Below, one piece after another: positions 60,400-64,000 of a DNA stretch of 64,000 bases. This DNA comes from an uncultured delta proteobacterium. Its GTDB lineage: Bacteria > Desulfobacterota > Syntrophia > Syntrophales > UBA2185. The stretch lies in the NCBI GenBank assembly GCA_963729715.1, contig CAVSPA010000007.1, forward strand, positions 160,001-224,000. The letters run 5' to 3'. Made by a program: the position numbers and the translations under genes. Within the stretch, counting starts at the first letter, position 1, and the number at the start of each line of letters is the position of its first letter. The notes beneath the pieces were generated by a model. That model saw nothing but the letters and a program-made list of their open reading frames with translations, was not told where the DNA came from and did not search any database.

Positions 60400-61365
60400 A
60401 TGAAGAAGCCGGAGATTAAAAAAGTGGCCGTCCTCGGGGGAGGGATGATCGGATCGAGCTGGGCGACCAACTTCCTCTGGAAAGGTTTTCCCGTCCACAT
60501 CTATGACGTCAGCGATGAGGCCTTGAAAACCGCCCGGGGCCGCATCCTTGGCAACATGAAATATCTCGTCGGGAAAGGCATCCTGACGGTGGATAAGATG
60601 AACGTCGCCCTCAGTCTTGCGAAATACACGACGAACATCGAAGAAGCCGTAAAGGGTGTTCAGTTCATCCAGGAGTCCGTACTCGAGCATTATGATGTCA
60701 AACAGGCCCTGCTCGCGGAGGTGGACAGGCATGCGGCGCCAGAGGCCGTCTTTGCGAGCAGCACCTCCGGTCTCCTCATAACGGAGATTGCGAAGGACTC
60801 AAAACACCCCGAGAGATGTATCGGCGCCCACCCTTACAATCCCCCTCACCTTATCCCGCTTGTCGAGATCAATAAGGGACAGAAGACCGCGGAGGAAACT
60901 GTAGAGAGAACCTACGCATTCTATAAATCCATCGGCAAGGAACCCATAGTCCTCCGGAAGGAGGCCCTCGGGTTCATCGCCAACAGGCTGGCCATGGGCC
61001 TCTACCGGGAAGCCGTCGATCTCGTAGTGAGGGGTGTCTGCTCTGTGGAGGATGTCGATAAGGCTGTATGCTTCGGACCGGGACTGCGCTACGCCCTCAT
61101 GGGCCCAAATCTCATCTACCATTTGGGAGGCGGCCCGCACGGAATTCAGGGTCTCCTCAAACACGTCGGGCCTTCGATTGAGCTGTGGTGGGGCGACATG
61201 GCGGTCTGGAAAAAGTGGCCGCCGGGCTGGGCTGAAACGGCCCAGGAAGGCGTCAACAAGGAAATGATGAACCGTGCGCCGGAACAAGGCCGTAATAATG
61301 AAGAGATCACCAGGTGGCGCGATGACGGCCTCATTGAAGTTCTGAAATTTATGAAGAAACTCTGA
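60400..61365 (+). CDS. 3-hydroxyacyl-CoA dehydrogenase-family protein (carnitine dehydrogenase/lambda-crystallin-like)
   Basis: GGGMIG, QESVLE, SSTSGL, HPYNPPHLIPLVE, GFIANRL, GPGLRYALMGP. Confidence 0.88.
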   Translation: MKKPEIKKVAVLGGGMIGSSWATNFLWKGFPVHIYDVSDEALKTARGRILGNMKYLVGKGILTVDKMNVALSLAKYTTNIEEAVKGVQFIQESVLEHYDVKQALLAEVDRHAAPEAVFASSTSGLLITEIAKDSKHPERCIGAHPYNPPHLIPLVEINKGQKTAEETVERTYAFYKSIGKEPIVLRKEALGFIANRLAMGLYREAVDLVVRGVCSVEDVDKAVCFGPGLRYALMGPNLIYHLGGGPHGIQGLLKHVGPSIELWWGDMAVWKKWPPGWAETAQEGVNKEMMNRAPEQGRNNEEITRWRDDGLIEVLKFMKKL

Positions 61366-61408
61366 TGGAAATACCTATTCCTCCGAAGAGGGAGAGGAGG
61401 GAAATACG

Positions 61409-62698
61409 ATGGACTGGAAACAAATATATAAAAGCAAACTTGTATCTATCGAAGAGGCAGCCGCCAAGATTGGATCAGGAGACAGAATCTGGATGTCTCC
61501 ATGTTCGGGAGCGCCCATACAGATAGCGGAAGCCCTTGCTGATCGTGTAAAAGAACTCAAGGATGTCCATGTCGTAACAGGCCTAGCATTACATCCCTTC
61601 AAAATCCTCAAATCATCTGAGTATATCGGTCGTATCAATTTCCACACTATTTTTATGGGACCATATGAAAGGGCCTTCTTCAAAGTTGGTAACGTAAACG
61701 TCAACTCAGTTAATTTTTCCAAGACGTATGTCGCCATGAGGGACTATTATAAAATCAATGTCCTTCTCGCCGATGTTTCGCCTCCCGACGACGAGGGTTA
61801 TCTGTATTATGGTGCAATGGGGGTCGGTTGGAATGGAACCGCCGCCGATCTGGCGGAAAAAATTATTGTACAGGTAAATAAGCATCAACCAAGGGTCCGG
61901 GGATTCGAACACAGAGTTCATGTCAGCAAGGTAAGCCACATCTGTGAATTCGACCACGCATTGCCGCCACTTCCGCAACCGGAGCCCACTGAGATTGACA
62001 AGAAAATAGCGGAATTGCTTGCCGGACAGATTCCGGACGGGGCGGCGATTCAAATCGGAGTCGGCGGGCTTTCCAATGCGATCGGTTACTATTTGACAGG
62101 CAAAAAAGATCTGTCCATCTACACCGAGATGTTTGTTGATTCGATGCTGGATCTGATCAAAAAGGGAATTGTCTCCGGTAAAATCGTGGCAGGTTTCGGC
62201 CTCGGCAGCAATGAACTTTACAATTTCATGGGAGATGGCAGGGTGGAACTGAGACCGGTCAGAATCATCAATGACACAAATGAAATCGGGAAAATTGACA
62301 ATCTTATTTCCATCAATGTGACATTGATGATTGATTTGACGGGACAGTCCTGTTCCGAATCGCTTGGATTTGCGCAGTATAGCTGCACCGGCGGCCAATC
62401 AGATTTTACAAGAGGCGCCGCGTTGTCGAAGGGAGGAAAAGGATTTCTTTGTCTGCCTTCAACAATACAGACGAAAGACGGAAAGAAGTCTTCGACAATC
62501 ACGGCGGTGCTGCCGCCGGGCGCTGTGGTCACTACGCAGAGGTCGGACGTCATGTATGTGGTTACGGAATATGGGATTGCGAATCTTTACTGTAAGCCGA
62601 TCGCGGCCCGGGTCAATGAACTAATTGCTATTGCCCATCCTGATTTTCGTGAGGGCTTAAGAAAACAGGCAATAGAAGCGGGGTTGATCAGGGCGTAA
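61409..62698 (+). CDS. Acetyl-CoA hydrolase/4-hydroxybutyrate CoA-transferase family protein
   Basis: QIGVG, YTEM, DLTGQSCSES, GGQSDF, VVTEYG, IAHPDFR. Confidence 0.92.
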   Translation: MDWKQIYKSKLVSIEEAAAKIGSGDRIWMSPCSGAPIQIAEALADRVKELKDVHVVTGLALHPFKILKSSEYIGRINFHTIFMGPYERAFFKVGNVNVNSVNFSKTYVAMRDYYKINVLLADVSPPDDEGYLYYGAMGVGWNGTAADLAEKIIVQVNKHQPRVRGFEHRVHVSKVSHICEFDHALPPLPQPEPTEIDKKIAELLAGQIPDGAAIQIGVGGLSNAIGYYLTGKKDLSIYTEMFVDSMLDLIKKGIVSGKIVAGFGLGSNELYNFMGDGRVELRPVRIINDTNEIGKIDNLISINVTLMIDLTGQSCSESLGFAQYSCTGGQSDFTRGAALSKGGKGFLCLPSTIQTKDGKKSSTITAVLPPGAVVTTQRSDVMYVVTEYGIANLYCKPIAARVNELIAIAHPDFREGLRKQAIEAGLIRA

Positions 62699-62754
62699 GA
62701 GTTTTGTGCTGTGTCTGTCATGGCGACCTGAAAAGATAGACACATGGAAATAGT

Positions 62755-63375
62755 AAACTACCACCGACCTTGTCGGTGGCTTTCTTGAAGGACGACAACT
62801 CCTGACAATGTCATTCGCTGTCGTCCCTCCATAACCCAAGCTGCTCTTCTCGCATCTGATCTTCTACTTGCTCTTTAACATATTTCTGAATGGTGGCGCT
62901 GTCGATTCCCACAGTGCTCACAAAATAGCCCCCGGCCCATATATGCAGCCCCCAATACTTTTTGCACAATTCAGGAAAATCCCTACGCAGATACTCTGCA
63001 CTTTTTCCTTTGAGGATCTTCATTACATGGGCCGGAGAATATTTCGGAGGAACTGAAAGATACATATGCACGTGATCTGAACATATCGCTCCTTCTATAA
63101 TTGTGACGTCAAGCCAGTTGCATAACTCCACCAACAGCTCCTTTAATCTTGGCTTGATCTCTTTCACCAGCACCTGATAGCGGTATTTCGGAACCCAAAC
63201 GAAGTGATACTCACATCGGTAAATTGCATGAGATGATTTGTTGTATTCTTCCATACCCTTGCCTCCTATGGATACGTTACAACAAATCCTATCTGCTTAT
63301 CAACATTGTTGATGCGCTAAAGGTGTGGGGCCTCCGCCCCCACGCCCCACCACTGACTATGTCAGTGGTTTTGAG
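62755..63375 (-). mobile_element. IS200-type insertion sequence (tnpA only), ends approximate
   Basis: Subterminal hairpins CCACCGAC-ctt-GTCGGTGG (62761-62779) and ACCACTGAC-tat-GTCAGTGGT (63349-63369) flank tnpA. Confidence 0.88.
62811..63254 (-). CDS. tnpA: IS200/IS605 Y1 HUH transposase
   Basis: YHFVWVPKYR, DHVH, KGKSA, WAGGYFVSTVG, catalytic YVKEQ. Confidence 0.95.
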   Translation of the reverse strand: MEEYNKSSHAIYRCEYHFVWVPKYRYQVLVKEIKPRLKELLVELCNWLDVTIIEGAICSDHVHMYLSVPPKYSPAHVMKILKGKSAEYLRRDFPELCKKYWGLHIWAGGYFVSTVGIDSATIQKYVKEQVEDQMREEQLGLWRDDSE

Positions 63376-63407
63376 AGATAAATAAAGTTAACAGCAGAGG
63401 AGGATTT

Positions 63408-64000
63408 ATGAAAAGACCGTTCGAACATGTGGCCATCGTGGGCACGGGCCTTCTGGGCACGCAGATCGCAATGCTGTCGGCATATGCAGGTTACAAGGTT
63501 AGCGTATACGATACCAGGGAAGGCGCCTTCGATGACACATATGAAAGACTATTTGCGGATTTGAAGACAAAGGTTGCGAATCCCTTCATTCCCTGGGATG
63601 ATTGGGCGAAATGCAAAAGCAGGATCACCTTCACAACGAAAATTGCCGATGCCCTCAAGGTTGCCGACCTGGTAGTCGAAGCTGTAACGGAAGATGTTGA
63701 AATAAAGCGCAAGTTATTCAAGCTCATGAATGAAAACGCGCCTGCCAAGGCGATATTTGCCACAAACAGCTCATCTCTTCCTGTATCGCGGATGGAAGAG
63801 AGCAGCGGCAGGCCGGAGCGGTGCATAAACACCCATTTCTATCTGCCGCTCCAGGGAATGAACATGGCGGATCTCATGGCAGGGACAAAGACTCTTCCCG
63901 ATGTCATGCAGAGGGGTGAGGAATGGATTCGTTCTCTGGGTCTTGTGCCATTGAGGGTGAAGAAGGAGATTCTCGGTTTCTGCTTTAACAGCGTCTGGCG
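63408..64000 (+). CDS. Second 3-hydroxyacyl-CoA dehydrogenase-family protein, runs off the window end
   Basis: Not in ORF track. GAGGAGG RBS, MKRPFEHVAIVGTGLLGTQIA...EAVTEDVEIK...TNSSSLP...HFYLP...KKEILGFCFN. Confidence 0.9.
   Translation, partial: MKRPFEHVAIVGTGLLGTQIAMLSAYAGYKVSVYDTREGAFDDTYERLFADLKTKVANPFIPWDDWAKCKSRITFTTKIADALKVADLVVEAVTEDVEIKRKLFKLMNENAPAKAIFATNSSSLPVSRMEESSGRPERCINTHFYLPLQGMNMADLMAGTKTLPDVMQRGEEWIRSLGLVPLRVKKEILGFCFNSVW

Overview
Gene-dense bacterial chromosomal window, about 50% GC by eye. Gene content and order suggest an anaerobic Desulfobacterota/Syntrophales-like organism (inference). Housekeeping genes include tkt, nnr, an ispB-like synthase, metG-ricT-holB-tmk, ferredoxin-nfu and xseA-xseB-ispA-dxs-tlyA-ispH. 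The most interesting locus is a group 3c-type [NiFe]-hydrogenase operon (mvhDGA plus protease). Its first gene is a GltD/NfnB-like NAD(P)H flavoprotein with an HdrA-type C-terminal ferredoxin tail, and no HdrBC is present in the window. An IS630-derived HTH ORF sits inside the operon. The operon's sigma-54 promoter has paired GGGG-N7-CCCC enhancer boxes, and the same layout with identical spacing recurs 12 kb away next to a Cache kinase/NtrC-type activator pair, which suggests a small regulon. Other items: a glutaconate-type CoA-transferase preceded by two tiny CxxC ORFs, an IspH-UbiA fusion, a desaturase with TIGR04282/04283-like glycosyltransferases, an orphan pilGHI/xap-like ABC module, a GntP/hydroxyacid catabolic operon interrupted by an IS200, a probable group II intron 5' fragment splitting the CheR C-terminus, several pseudogenes, and three genes missing from the ORF track. 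No rRNA, tRNA or CRISPR array was recognised. All family assignments come from motif recognition by eye; no database searches were run.
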